From a virus (lineage: Duplodnaviria > Caudoviricetes), in the IMG/VR virus record IMGVR_UViG_3300037423_000165, positions 1-49,696 of that record: a stretch of DNA of 49,696 nt; one strand, 5' to 3'. The notes below the pieces were generated by a model. It was not told where the DNA came from, ran no database searches, and saw only the letters and a list, made by a program, of their open reading frames with translations. The position numbers and the translations under genes are program-made. Positions 1 through 9,985 of this stretch are shown one piece after another; within the stretch, counting starts at the first letter, position 1; each line of letters begins with the position of its first letter.

Positions 1-126
1 TCTGGTTGGCACCATTGACGGTGCCGTTGGTGCGAGTTCCCGGCGTAATCGTCGAGAGCTGCTGAGTGAACATCGTCGGGATACCCGAGACGGTGCCCGT
101 GAAGCCGTTACGATACGTGCCGGTCA
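1..126. repeat. Terminal direct repeat, copy 1 (circular assembly overlap)
   Basis: 1-126 is identical to 49560-49685 and lies inside the coat gene, so it is an assembly overlap rather than a biological terminal repeat. Confidence 0.93.
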
Positions 127-706
127 CGAGACTGTCAGGAGCGGCGAGGTTCAGGACGGCAGTGCCGAGAGCCTGAGCGTCATCATATCCGAGGATAAGA
201 CGGAGATCAGAGTCGTCAACACCTTCCTTCTTCAGTCGGGTGTAGGCAGTAACGACATCGGTATAAGTGCCGACGTTGTTAGCCGGGGTGCCGACTTCGT
301 TATTCGGGGCAGTCTGGGCAACACCTAGGATGTAGGCGTCGATGACTTCCGCGAGCTGAGTGGCGGCATTCTTGAGCGCCTGCGACTCACGGGCATCACC
401 GATATCGCGGATTTTGACGAAGTCGTCCCAACCCATGCTCGAACCGAAGACGTCCTGAACAGTGAACTGCTCTGAACCGAAGGTGCTATCCTGAACACCG
501 GCAGTAAGGTCCTGCACACCGGAACTCGTGCGAGTCACGACGTAGCGGGGACCGACCTGTTCGGCGACCTTCAGGCCGTTGGTATCCGACATCTCGTCAT
601 TATACTGACGCCATGTCACGACATCCTTGGCAAGGAGGTTGTTCTGGAACGTAGCCGCGAAGGCATTAAGAACCAACTTCTGTTGGTCAACAGTAATAGT
701 AGCCAT
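1..706 (-). CDS. Major capsid protein (P22 gp5-like coat), N-terminal part; continues at 49559..48961
   Basis: ATG at 706 after a purine-rich RBS; reads MATITVDQQKLVLNAFAATFQNNL... open to the window edge and joins in frame through the overlap (434 aa total); follows portal and scaffold. Confidence 0.88.
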   Translation of the reverse strand, partial: MATITVDQQKLVLNAFAATFQNNLLAKDVVTWRQYNDEMSDTNGLKVAEQVGPRYVVTRTSSGVQDLTAGVQDSTFGSEQFTVQDVFGSSMGWDDFVKIRDIGDARESQALKNAATQLAEVIDAYILGVAQTAPNNEVGTPANNVGTYTDVVTAYTRLKKEGVDDSDLRLILGYDDAQALGTAVLNLAAPDSLVTGTYRNGFTGTVSGIPTMFTQQLSTITPGTRTNGTVNGANQ

Positions 707-757
707 ATTTCCTTTTCTTTTCTAGGCTGATTGTTAACCTTCGCGGAGAGATAGAGA

Positions 758-1744
758 CTATCGTCTCTGATAAAATTCTCTCTCGAAGGCATCTAGGTCA
801 TCAGTATCCGGCTGAACGGCAAACCGTCCATGCGCTCCACGAGTCCGAGTTTCAGGCGGAGTAGTGGCCTTAGATACTGTCTTTTTAGGTTGCGGCGTCT
901 CTTCGTCAGCCTTAGTGAAGCGAGCTTCAAGACGACCAATTGAGAGGGTGGCAGCAGCAGGACCAGACGCAACAATCTTCTGGGCCTCGCCGATATTTTG
1001 GGAGAGATGGTTCATGATTTCAGGGCCGAAATCGGAATTCATGATAACCGAAGCAAGATACTCACCGTAACCCGGTTCGACGTCCTTGAAGACATCGGCG
1101 AGTTGTGCGATATTCTGACGGATTTCAGGAATTTCCTTTTCGGCAGCTTCAAGCTTCTCATTCCACTTAGCAGAGATTTCCTGCTGAGCGGCTTCCGCCT
1201 GCTTCTGAACTGCCAGACGCTCCTCCGCTTCCTTGGCGACACGAGTCTCTTCGGCAATCGTGAACTTCGTTAGATCACGGATGAAAAGAGGATCGAACTC
1301 ACCGAGTTCGTAGACCGGAGTGCCGTCTTCCTTGACGGCATCTGGGTTTGGAGCACTGGTTGGAGTCTCGGCCTTAACCGGCTCCTTAACCTTCTCTTCC
1401 TGACGGGGCTTACTAGCTTCGAATTCACGACGAAGGGCTTCAATTTCCCTACGAAGTTCATACTTCTCAGCAGTTAGCTCGTCAATCCTTTCCTTAGCAG
1501 ACTTCTTTGCCTTCGGCTTCGGAGCCTCTTCGGGCTCTTCATCCTCGACTTCTTCGCCTTTCGGCGCATCGTCTTCGTCGGTTTCGAGTTCGGTCTCGGT
1601 GACTTCCTCGGCGTCTTCTACCTTGACCTCTTCCTTCTGGTCCTCATCTGCTACCTTCTCAGGGGCATCTGGACGCTGGAAGAACTCATTCTCAAAGGCA
1701 TCTAGGTCGTCGGTGTTATCGACGTGGTTTTCACTGTCGGACAT
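758..1744 (-). CDS. Capsid scaffolding protein
   Basis: 328 aa, acidic and coiled-coil-like, located between portal and coat. Confidence 0.75.
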   Translation of the reverse strand: MSDSENHVDNTDDLDAFENEFFQRPDAPEKVADEDQKEEVKVEDAEEVTETELETDEDDAPKGEEVEDEEPEEAPKPKAKKSAKERIDELTAEKYELRREIEALRREFEASKPRQEEKVKEPVKAETPTSAPNPDAVKEDGTPVYELGEFDPLFIRDLTKFTIAEETRVAKEAEERLAVQKQAEAAQQEISAKWNEKLEAAEKEIPEIRQNIAQLADVFKDVEPGYGEYLASVIMNSDFGPEIMNHLSQNIGEAQKIVASGPAAATLSIGRLEARFTKADEETPQPKKTVSKATTPPETRTRGAHGRFAVQPDTDDLDAFEREFYQRR

Positions 1745-1777
1745 TAATGCATCCTTTCGGACGTTCCCAATTGCAGG

Positions 1778-3994
1778 CTACTTGGAGGGCTTGGGTTTAG
1801 GCGCTCCGCCCGGTAAAGTCTTAGCCTTGGCAGTCTTATCAGCTAGCTCGGCTTTGCTTTGTATTTGTTTATCCTCTGAAACCATGCTCATGGCACGGTC
1901 GAGGTGACCTGTTTCAATCTCAGCTTCATGCTTAAGCATATCGATCTCGGCTTCCTTGTCGGCTGCCGCGATATCAGCAAGGACCTTCAACCGTTCGGTT
2001 TCAGCCTTGAAGTGATTGATCTGATTTTCTTTCTCCTTAGCAGCCATTTGCGTCTTGAGCATCTGGTTCTCTTGAGTAAGCTGCTGAAGCTTCTGCATTC
2101 CTTCCTGCATCTGCTCTTGCATCTGGGCCTGTTGCTGCATCATACCATTGATGTCAGGCTGGTTGCCCATCTCTGCCCTCTCCTTATCAGAGAGGAGCTG
2201 CGGAGGAACAGTCTTCTGAAGACGCTCTGAAAGCTCTTCGGCTCCCGGCCAATCCTGCGCCTTAACGACGAGATCACCGGCGATTTGCATCAGCTCAGGA
2301 TAGACCTGAATGGCTTCCATCATCGCTTGAGCTGCTTCGACGCGGCGGGTGGTGTAAGAAGCACCAGTAGTAACTGCGACGTCGTAATTGCCGACTGCTA
2401 GGTTCGGAGATTTAGGGTCCATCGGATCATTGATCTTGACGAACTTAGTGGCTTCATCTGCACCGATGACACGAATGACACGAGTGCCGTCGTAAATCTG
2501 ACCAATGAGCTGGTTGATGACGTCACCCGCCTCTAGGATAGCGGCGTTACCGTTATCGTAGTAGGTGAGGGAAGCGATGTCGCCTTCACGCTGACGAGCC
2601 TGAATAGCACGACCCGAGGTCTCGTTGCTCTTGATACCCAGTGAGGCATCGTGGATGCCTGTGACATCCTTCATGTCCTGAGTATTAATCTGGGCTTCGT
2701 TGAGAAGCGCCATTTGAAGCTGCGGTGGGTCTACTCGCTGGACATTGCGACCGAACTCTGCTTCATCATTGAAGATAAGCAGCGGGTCGCGGGTCTGGTG
2801 AGCCTTGCGGATAGTATCTTCGCGGCCCTCGACGGCTTCCTCAGTCGCCATCCACTGCGCCTTCGGTGCATAGCCGAGTTGCTCAGCGGCAACCGACCGC
2901 CAGAAGTTACGCAGACGAGCCGCATCCTTCATGAAGCGGACTAGACCATAGCGGATACGACGATCAGCGATGCTGCCGTATCGGCCAGCCATGCGAACGA
3001 TAGGAAGACGATTGAGCTTCCACTCGTAGGGACCGGCTAGAATTTGGTGCCCAGTGACGAGATGCATCTGGGCATAACGACACGGTGCCAAGCGAGTCTT
3101 CTGGATGTTACCATACTTCTGAATGGCTTCATCGATTACATCGCTAAGCTGTCCACTGTCTGGGTAGTCATCCTCGTCGAATGCATGGACGCTTCCATCC
3201 TCGAACATCACGAGCATCCGCTTGCGCTCGATCATCCGCCAATGTTCAGTTACACGGACGGCGCCAAGCTCAATCCAGCCTGACGCAGAGAGAAAGCGGT
3301 TCTCCTTATCGGAGAGAGTTGAGGGGTCGGCATCGGGCCAACGCTCTCTGAACTCTTTCGTCGGAATTAGATCATCTACAAAGCAATGTGTGGCATCACG
3401 GCCAGTCGGGTCAATAGAAAGTCTGTCCCAGACAACGCTAAGAGCATCGTCGATAGGCTCAACAGTGATGTCTTGATCGAAGACGTCCTCAGCAGTATAG
3501 CGAACGCCGATGCGAAAGGCACCGTCCCCGCAAGTAACACAAGACTCGAAAGCACTGTCGTAGACACGGTCTGCCCTATTCTTAGTTTCAATTGCACGGA
3601 TAAGGTCCGAACGGACATCGGCAACATCCTTGTCACCATTCTCGGCGGGAAGAACCTTAATACCGTTCTTGTTCTCGCGCCAGTCACCAACTAGCTGAGC
3701 AGTGAACTGAGGGATGGTGTTAATGGTAAGGCACGGAAGACCCTGCCTCTGCTGAAGAACAGCGGGATCCCATTGCTCACCGGCGGCGAACTTCTTATCC
3801 TCAAGGGCGGCACGACGATTGTCGGCATCCGCCTCGATATCCGCTGCATAAGTCTCGCGCATATCCTCAAGGTAATCCTCGACACTATCGAAGCCCTCAG
3901 GGATGTAGCTTTTCTTAGGCGCATCAATCGTCTCCGAACCGAAGTTCAGGCGAGAGATTTCACCTTCTTTTTCTTCTTTCACTAAACCATCCAT
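1778..3994 (-). CDS. Portal protein (P22-like)
   Basis: 738 aa; F-x-x-G-x-QW, P-x-LT-x-N, ETSGRAI-x-ARQ motifs; Q/M-rich C-terminal barrel; directly downstream of terL. Confidence 0.92.
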   Translation of the reverse strand: MDGLVKEEKEGEISRLNFGSETIDAPKKSYIPEGFDSVEDYLEDMRETYAADIEADADNRRAALEDKKFAAGEQWDPAVLQQRQGLPCLTINTIPQFTAQLVGDWRENKNGIKVLPAENGDKDVADVRSDLIRAIETKNRADRVYDSAFESCVTCGDGAFRIGVRYTAEDVFDQDITVEPIDDALSVVWDRLSIDPTGRDATHCFVDDLIPTKEFRERWPDADPSTLSDKENRFLSASGWIELGAVRVTEHWRMIERKRMLVMFEDGSVHAFDEDDYPDSGQLSDVIDEAIQKYGNIQKTRLAPCRYAQMHLVTGHQILAGPYEWKLNRLPIVRMAGRYGSIADRRIRYGLVRFMKDAARLRNFWRSVAAEQLGYAPKAQWMATEEAVEGREDTIRKAHQTRDPLLIFNDEAEFGRNVQRVDPPQLQMALLNEAQINTQDMKDVTGIHDASLGIKSNETSGRAIQARQREGDIASLTYYDNGNAAILEAGDVINQLIGQIYDGTRVIRVIGADEATKFVKINDPMDPKSPNLAVGNYDVAVTTGASYTTRRVEAAQAMMEAIQVYPELMQIAGDLVVKAQDWPGAEELSERLQKTVPPQLLSDKERAEMGNQPDINGMMQQQAQMQEQMQEGMQKLQQLTQENQMLKTQMAAKEKENQINHFKAETERLKVLADIAAADKEAEIDMLKHEAEIETGHLDRAMSMVSEDKQIQSKAELADKTAKAKTLPGGAPKPKPSK

Positions 3995-5397
3995 GACGTG
4001 TCAGAGACACCTTGATAAGGGTTGTTCTTCTTGCCGGTTATATTCTTGAGTTCGTAAGGCTTTTCTTCTACGTCCTTCTTACGACGACCGACGATTTTAT
4101 CGAATAGAGCAGTCATGCCCCAAACGAGGGCATCCATGCGGTCAGGTGAACCATCACGACCTCTATCGAAGTCTACCGAGAAGGAACACATTTGATCTTC
4201 TAGCTCATTGAAGATGCCAACATGATGAATTCTACCTTGTTCGTAGAGAGCAGAGATAGGTTCGGCCCTAACGGCTTTCCCTCGCGATGCGTGGACAAGC
4301 GTAACAGGAACGTCTCGGTTGGCGGCTTTAAGAACTGCCTCCACCATCTCACCGCCTTGGTTCTTTTCAGCAACAATCCTATCGGCATCGAACTCTCTAT
4401 ATAGTGCGACAGCAGCCCTAGCCCATTCATCAGGAGCACCGCGGAGGCTTCGGTCGGCGAGGACGTAGCCGCGAGTGAACCCATCTGCATCTTTAGCAAT
4501 GCCAACTGCGACGATACCGGTTTCATCCGAATTCTCTTCAGAGGAAGTGGCAGGATCGACAGCAACGACAACTCTATCGAGGGTGGCCGGTGCTTCTCTC
4601 TTCCTGTTATCATCGATAGATGTGCGAGTCCAAAGGGCACCGGGGACATCTTCGAGGACTTCTCCTTCGAGCTCCTGCCGACCCAGACGGGTTCCGGCGT
4701 AGCGGTCGTAGAGGAAGTCAATGGCCGACTTAGCAAGGTTGGCTGCGTTATCCATCGTGGCACCACGGGTGATAAAGACGCTCTTGTCGTTAATGAGCTT
4801 CTTAATCAGGCCGACAGGCCGAGGAGTAGTCGTGACGATTTGCTTGGGATGAATGCCGAGACGAAGACCGAACTGAAGCTGATCCCATGACTCCTGCATA
4901 TACTTAAACTTAGCAAGTTCATCGACCCATGCCCCATCATGCTGCGGTCCACGGAGCTGATCTGGCTCGGTGGCGTTATAAGTAAAGGCTACTGCCCCGT
5001 TAGGCCACGTAATCTTACGATTGGTCTTCTCGTAGACGGGCATGAAGTCCTTTGGGTGACACTTCAGAATGGCATCAACCATGACGTCTCGGGCATCAGC
5101 TGCCGTCTCAGCGACGAGTGCGATGCGAGAACAACGTGAGGCCGACAGGGGAGTATCACCACACACCCAAGAGCGAATGGTCTCTGCCCCTGTCCTCGTC
5201 TTACCGAACCCACGTCCGGCAAGGATAAGCCATGTAGTCCAATCTCCTTCCGGCTCGTGCTGATTAGGCCGAGCCCAGAAGTTCCAATCATACTTCAATC
5301 GCGCCATTATCTCTGGCGACATCTCGGACATGAGCTTTTCTCGCTCTTCTTCCGGGAGGTTCGCTAGGATTTGGGCTGGTGATAGATTACGTGTCAT
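3982..5397 (-). CDS. terL: Terminase large subunit
   Basis: Walker A AGRGFGKT, LRGPQ..WVDE Walker B, TTTP, nuclease VAVDPA, EKNQGG and SPDRMDA. Confidence 0.97.
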   Translation of the reverse strand: MTRNLSPAQILANLPEEEREKLMSEMSPEIMARLKYDWNFWARPNQHEPEGDWTTWLILAGRGFGKTRTGAETIRSWVCGDTPLSASRCSRIALVAETAADARDVMVDAILKCHPKDFMPVYEKTNRKITWPNGAVAFTYNATEPDQLRGPQHDGAWVDELAKFKYMQESWDQLQFGLRLGIHPKQIVTTTPRPVGLIKKLINDKSVFITRGATMDNAANLAKSAIDFLYDRYAGTRLGRQELEGEVLEDVPGALWTRTSIDDNRKREAPATLDRVVVAVDPATSSEENSDETGIVAVGIAKDADGFTRGYVLADRSLRGAPDEWARAAVALYREFDADRIVAEKNQGGEMVEAVLKAANRDVPVTLVHASRGKAVRAEPISALYEQGRIHHVGIFNELEDQMCSFSVDFDRGRDGSPDRMDALVWGMTALFDKIVGRRKKDVEEKPYELKNITGKKNNPYQGVSDTSWMV

Positions 5398-6146
5398 CGT
5401 CTCATGCGGAAAGATGGATTACCCCATAGGAATGGACGACCGAAATTAAACTCACTAGTCATCTTATTTGATGTAAAGACGATTGTAACTGTTTCCGGCA
5501 TAAAAGCATCGGCATCAGTAAACAAACTAGGAAGTAGCGTAACTGTCCCGCCGGTTTGCGTAATAGTCGGAGCAAAGAAGCCCTGAGAATTAGTAAATAA
5601 TCCGGGGAGTAGGTTCCCGGTAGCAGCGACAGTCGGTCCGAAAAAGGTCTGGGAGTTACTAAATAGACTCGGTGTGAGAGTTTTAGTAGCCAGAGCCACT
5701 GGGGTAAAGAAAGTATCGGCGTCAGTATAGAGACTTGGGGCGAGTGTCTTTACTGCTAGTAATACCGAAGAGAAGAAAGTCTGACTATTCGTATATAACG
5801 AAGGAGATAGAATATTCACCGGCAGGAGTGTCGGTGAGAAGAAAGTATCTCCATCGGTAAATAGCCCCGGCAAGAGCGTCACTGTTCCACGAGTAACAGT
5901 CGGAGCAAAGAACGTCTGGGAGTTAGTAAACAGACTCGGGTTAAGAATAGCCGAGACTGATGGGGAGAAGAAGGTTTGAGAGCTAGTGTATAGCGCCGGA
6001 GTTAGTGAGTAGGTCGCTAAAACCGTCGGGGTAAAGAAGGTATCGGCGTTAGTGAATAATGAAGGAGTTAATGTTTGATTACTAGGTCCGCTAGGGACTC
6101 CATCGTCCGCAAACGGAAGTTGAGCGAACGAAAGATACCCGAACAT
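5394..6146 (-). CDS. Repeat-rich putative virion fibre protein
   Basis: Nine tandem 20-25 aa repeats LxPxL(F/Y)T(N/D)xxxFFxPxV; S/T-rich. Confidence 0.6.
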   Translation of the reverse strand: MFGYLSFAQLPFADDGVPSGPSNQTLTPSLFTNADTFFTPTVLATYSLTPALYTSSQTFFSPSVSAILNPSLFTNSQTFFAPTVTRGTVTLLPGLFTDGDTFFSPTLLPVNILSPSLYTNSQTFFSSVLLAVKTLAPSLYTDADTFFTPVALATKTLTPSLFSNSQTFFGPTVAATGNLLPGLFTNSQGFFAPTITQTGGTVTLLPSLFTDADAFMPETVTIVFTSNKMTSEFNFGRPFLWGNPSFRMRR

Positions 6147-7142
6147 TTACAATCCTGACCTCACATAGTATCCACCCCATTCGAGAACCATCGCCGTTCC
6201 TGTGTTAGTGCCATTAAGGCCACCAATCAACTGCGGGAATAGAAGCGCGCCAGTCGCGGGGACGTCAGTAGCGGTTGTTCCAAACCAGATTGCTCCGGTG
6301 TCAAGCCTCATTAATAAAGCCTTGATGCTCAGACTTCCGGGTTCATTCCAGATAGCGGTCTCATACCAACCATTGGCGACAAGAGGTATTCCTGTATCAG
6401 TCTTGGTGCCAGAACCTACATTGCTGTTAACGAGAAGCTGGATATTGGTGTCGGTGGAGTCTAAGGCGAAACCGGCATAGTTAGCCGTCAAGGCCGAGGG
6501 TTCAATTGTGGATGCGACGTAAGTAGTCGCAGTCATTCCTGAGAATAATCTAGGACCAGTCGGGATAGTCGAGCAACCAAACCTAGCGACGTATTCCCAA
6601 CCGCCGTGTCCTGAAGTCGAAGACGATGTGGCTGATGGAGTAGTCGAGGTAAAACCGGCTTGGGCATTAGCCGTCGTAGCCGAGGTTGACTTAATCCTGC
6701 CTTGTTCCGTCAGGAAGTTAGTCGCAGCAATCGCTGAAGCCGCACCAGTTCCAGTCGTTGCAATCGTTCCTAAGCCGATGGAAGAAGCAGTCGTTCCACT
6801 GAGGATAGGTATTGCGAACCTATGTCCGTAGCCACCGATTAAGCCTTGGACTTCACGGGCATCAATTACCATCGCAGCCGTTGCCGTCGATGCTAGAGAC
6901 AGTGCCGAACCAGACGAACTATCGAATAGCTGAGTGCTTGCCCTAGAAAGGGTAGTTCCGTTCCAATAACTCCAAGTCAGCTCCCAAGAACTGCCGTCTT
7001 CATACCGGACAAGACCTATCCAACCAGTCGGGACATTACTCCATGCCCTATATCCTGAGGATGCGGCATTAGGAGTGAAGGCTCCTGTTCCGGGGGTTCC
7101 TGAGGTAGTCCCCTTGATTGCATTATAAAATGGGGAGGGCAT
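6147..7142 (-). CDS. Putative virion structural or fibre-tip protein
   Basis: 331 aa, G/S/T-rich, beta-strand-like; coupled to its neighbours. Confidence 0.55.
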   Translation of the reverse strand: MPSPFYNAIKGTTSGTPGTGAFTPNAASSGYRAWSNVPTGWIGLVRYEDGSSWELTWSYWNGTTLSRASTQLFDSSSGSALSLASTATAAMVIDAREVQGLIGGYGHRFAIPILSGTTASSIGLGTIATTGTGAASAIAATNFLTEQGRIKSTSATTANAQAGFTSTTPSATSSSTSGHGGWEYVARFGCSTIPTGPRLFSGMTATTYVASTIEPSALTANYAGFALDSTDTNIQLLVNSNVGSGTKTDTGIPLVANGWYETAIWNEPGSLSIKALLMRLDTGAIWFGTTATDVPATGALLFPQLIGGLNGTNTGTAMVLEWGGYYVRSGL

Positions 7143-7151
7143 GTCGTCCCC

Positions 7152-7565
7152 TTAGAGCTGGACGATGCCAGAAGCGTTCCAAGTAATACCGATATTACCA
7201 CCATTCGGAGTTACCGGAAGGCCGGTTACCGAGGTATCGATATAGGCAACGAGTCGCCAAGTCGTATTGGCTCCGGCATTCTTACGATACAGAACTAGCG
7301 CCTCGACGGATGCACCGGAGACAGCAGTAAACGTGACGTCGTTACCGTCGATCAAGCCGTTCGTGATCGTAGTTGACGTGATTTCCTGATCGGTTCCTAC
7401 GATACCTGAGAGATCGGAGTAGAACTGATGGGCTGAGTTATAGGTATACGTCCCCGTATCGACGAGGGCGACATACAGACCAGTCGAGCCTGAACCATTC
7501 AGGGCGGAGTTGGCATCTGCATTGAGGAGTGACTGCTTGTATTTCGGATAGATTGCGTTAGCCAT
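7152..7565 (-). CDS. Putative virion decoration or fibre-base protein
   Basis: 137 aa; MANAIY...DVTFTAVSG...LVAYID...PNGGNI-x-I-x-W pattern recalls small phage structural proteins. Confidence 0.55.
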   Translation of the reverse strand: MANAIYPKYKQSLLNADANSALNGSGSTGLYVALVDTGTYTYNSAHQFYSDLSGIVGTDQEITSTTITNGLIDGNDVTFTAVSGASVEALVLYRKNAGANTTWRLVAYIDTSVTGLPVTPNGGNIGITWNASGIVQL

Positions 7566-7571
7566 TATGGA

Positions 7572-7829
7572 TTACCTGTATGGTTTATCATTGGTGTTAT
7601 CGGGGATCATTGAGAAAGATTGATCCTTTAGAATTTTAGCCTTTATGGCTCGAATATACATGATATCTGGGAGGGTCATTCCCCGATTATACATATCTTG
7701 TTCGTGATCTGAAAGGATTATGTGGTTCCTATTATAAGGACCATCTGGCATCGAGGGACCGAGTAGGGCGGTTTGAAGCGGAGTGATATCGACGAAATTC
7801 CTTGACTCCCGCTCGCCGTTTAGTTTCAC
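7572..7829 (-). CDS. Hypothetical protein
   Basis: 85 aa ORF overlapping the terS stop, preceded by GGAG. Confidence 0.55.
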   Translation of the reverse strand: MKLNGERESRNFVDITPLQTALLGPSMPDGPYNRNHIILSDHEQDMYNRGMTLPDIMYIRAIKAKILKDQSFSMIPDNTNDKPYR

Positions 7830-8374
7830 TTCTTGTCTCCGGGAGTCGGAGCCTTCTCCGCTCTATCAGCAAGAGTCTTCAGGAGGTCTGTGAACTTCTG
7901 GGCTTCTTCGTTGATCTGTTGGATTTCAATAGCTCCGCCGTCCTTACCGGTGATCTCCTGTTTGTCAGTGAGCATACCCTTGTGGCGAGCTAGAAGCTCA
8001 AGCCCTCGGAGGACGGCAGTGAGATTGACGATATCTTCGGCTTTGTCGATAGTCTTGACGATCTTCTGAATGATATAGTTCTCATCGACGATAGTGATGT
8101 TAGTCTCTTTCTTCCTTGAGAGATGGTCGATGTAGTAGGCGACACCCTTGTGCTTCAGAAGAGCCGTCGCTTGAGCGTCAGAGCGGTGAGGAGAATAACC
8201 GGCACGGGCGGCAGCGGCGGCCCCGTTGAAGTCATAGACGTATTCCTCAGCAAACCGCTTCTGTCGGACAGTCAAGGCACACAAAAGGGCCTCAAGGTCA
8301 TTGGCTTCAATTGCTTGAAGGACGGCCCGAGGTTCTGGACGCTTACTGTTATGAGGGTATTTAGCTTTGCCCAT
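7826..8374 (-). CDS. terS: Terminase small subunit
   Basis: LTVRQKRFAEEYVYDFNGAAAAARAGYS HTH motif, LELLARHKGM, EITGKDGGAI tail; ATG 8374 preferred over TTG 8443. Confidence 0.9.
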   Translation of the reverse strand: MGKAKYPHNSKRPEPRAVLQAIEANDLEALLCALTVRQKRFAEEYVYDFNGAAAAARAGYSPHRSDAQATALLKHKGVAYYIDHLSRKKETNITIVDENYIIQKIVKTIDKAEDIVNLTAVLRGLELLARHKGMLTDKQEITGKDGGAIEIQQINEEAQKFTDLLKTLADRAEKAPTPGDKK

Positions 8375-8536
8375 AAGACCTGAAGGGGAGGGGGAAAGGG
8401 GGTAGGGAAGACATAAGAATAATATAATAATAATAGTAGACAAAATAATCTAGAAGATTATAAGAAGAATAGTAAGAAGTAGAGTAACTACTAACATTCT
8501 TATAATTTACTACTATTTCTTCTACCTTATATATAC

Positions 8537-8565
8537 ATTATATCCATTTCCCGCGTGAATGTCAA
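8537..8565 (-). promoter_or_regulatory. Sigma70 consensus promoter for the packaging/structural arm
   Basis: TTGACA-17 nt-TATAAT on the minus strand in an AT-rich intergenic region. Confidence 0.85.
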
Positions 8566-8621
8566 GCATTTTTTTATAATTCTATCGATTTTGTGCATAT
8601 TTAGACGTATTCCGCCCTTGA

Positions 8622-8635
8622 GTGAGCAAGCTCAC
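8622..8635. repeat. GTSAGC-N2-3-GCTSAC mini-hairpin family; other copies at 10164, 11116, 12588, 15350, 26038, 35825
   Basis: Seven intergenic copies read directly (15350 has one terminal mismatch). Confidence 0.75.
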
Positions 8636-8654
8636 GGCCCCAAACGCTATCAGT

Positions 8655-8672
8655 TTGGCACTCAAGTGCCAA
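8655..8672. promoter_or_regulatory. 18-bp palindromic box TTGGCACTCAAGTGCCAA, copy 1
   Basis: Exact or near-exact copies at seven intergenic sites. Confidence 0.8.
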
Positions 8673-8905
8673 TATGACTATGCTAGTTTTGTATTTTTTT
8701 ATTCTCAGATGAGGTCGCTTTCTTCTCGCATAAAGTGTCATGATATCTCATGCCCCCCCCCTAACCAAATAGGCTCGTTCTGGGCAGCCGGGGGAGCCGG
8801 TATGGTTTGAGACGAACCGTGCATAAACAGCGATGAGTTGAGGAACGTAGGGCAGGACCATGCGTTGAGTTAGTTGAGGCATACTGTCTATCGTATGTCT
8901 CCGTT

Positions 8906-8923
8906 TTGGCACTCAAGTGCCAA
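8906..8923. promoter_or_regulatory. 18-bp palindromic box, copy 2
   Basis: Exact TTGGCACTCAAGTGCCAA. Confidence 0.8.
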
Positions 8924-9112
8924 TCTGCTGCGACGGACCCGCCGAGAGGCGATGCCATAGCAGGCTCTTTCAAACCGTGAACCCTAGCTAGAGTGAGGCA
9001 CTTCGCCTCACGACCTAGAGACCGGCCCGCAAGGACTGGAACGGGGAGGCTTGCAAGTGGAAGCAAGAAACCCGGACCGAGCCAAGGCGGAAACCCGGTA
9101 AAGGAGAATGAA

Positions 9113-9985
9113 ATGGCACAGAAGAACACAAATACGAACACTGTTGCGCAGAATGCCTCGCAGACGGCTTCAGAAGCCCCTCAGGAGGCAAATCCCGCAA
9201 TCAGGAACAATAACGACCTTTTCGCTCTTGTCCGCGCTACGGACGGCCAGAGCGTCCAGAACAAGGTCGCTTTCATGGGCGATATTCGTCAGAAGCTCGC
9301 TCAAGTCGCCGACGAAGCGAAAGCCAACGGCGAGCAGGCGAAAGAGACGGAGGGGCTTGCAGCGAGTGCCGCAACCCGGCTTTATATCGCCCGCATCAAC
9401 GGCACGATTACCGGCGACGAACTCACCAGCCTTCTCGGCGATACTTTCGGGTATAAGCCGAAACAGGACGGAACGCCCGGCAAAACCCCGGCAGGCGTCG
9501 GCGAAGCAATTCGCAAGCGGATCGTCAGGGCGGTTCAGGGATACGATTTCGTCCATGGTGCCGACGGCGGCCGCTTCTTCGAAACGATGGATGCGGATGC
9601 AGTCGCCCCGGTCATCTCGGCGATTGGTCGCGTCAAGAAGAACGAGAAAGGCGAGACTGTCTCGGACGGGATTTCCGTCTGGGATGCTTATATCAAGCTC
9701 GGTGATATCAAGTCGCAGGGCACGGTTCGCCTTCCCTTCGCCTTCGACGCGAAGAAAATCCTGAGCCTCACCGAAAGCCTTTCGGAGGCCGGGGCTCGTG
9801 GTAAGCTCTTGTCGAACCCGTCGCTATTGAAGGCTTATGCCGGATTGGCGGACCAACTGACGCTTCTTCGTCAGATCGGCGACGACGAGCTTGCGGAAGT
9901 AAAAGCGGCTCTTGGCGTCGATGACGGTGAGAGCGAGCCGGAGGCGGACACAGAAACCGTCGAAGGCGAACAGATGGCGGCTTAA
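9113..9985 (+). CDS. Hypothetical early protein (290 aa)
   Basis: AAGGAG RBS before ATG 9113; GC-rich codon usage; first gene of the plus arm. Confidence 0.8.
   Translation: MAQKNTNTNTVAQNASQTASEAPQEANPAIRNNNDLFALVRATDGQSVQNKVAFMGDIRQKLAQVADEAKANGEQAKETEGLAASAATRLYIARINGTITGDELTSLLGDTFGYKPKQDGTPGKTPAGVGEAIRKRIVRAVQGYDFVHGADGGRFFETMDADAVAPVISAIGRVKKNEKGETVSDGISVWDAYIKLGDIKSQGTVRLPFAFDAKKILSLTESLSEAGARGKLLSNPSLLKAYAGLADQLTLLRQIGDDELAEVKAALGVDDGESEPEADTETVEGEQMAA

Noticed and set aside
8375-8443. Hydrophobic N-terminal extension of terS from TTG 8443
   Set aside because: It is translated low-complexity leader sequence; the TerS-like protein is complete from ATG 8374.
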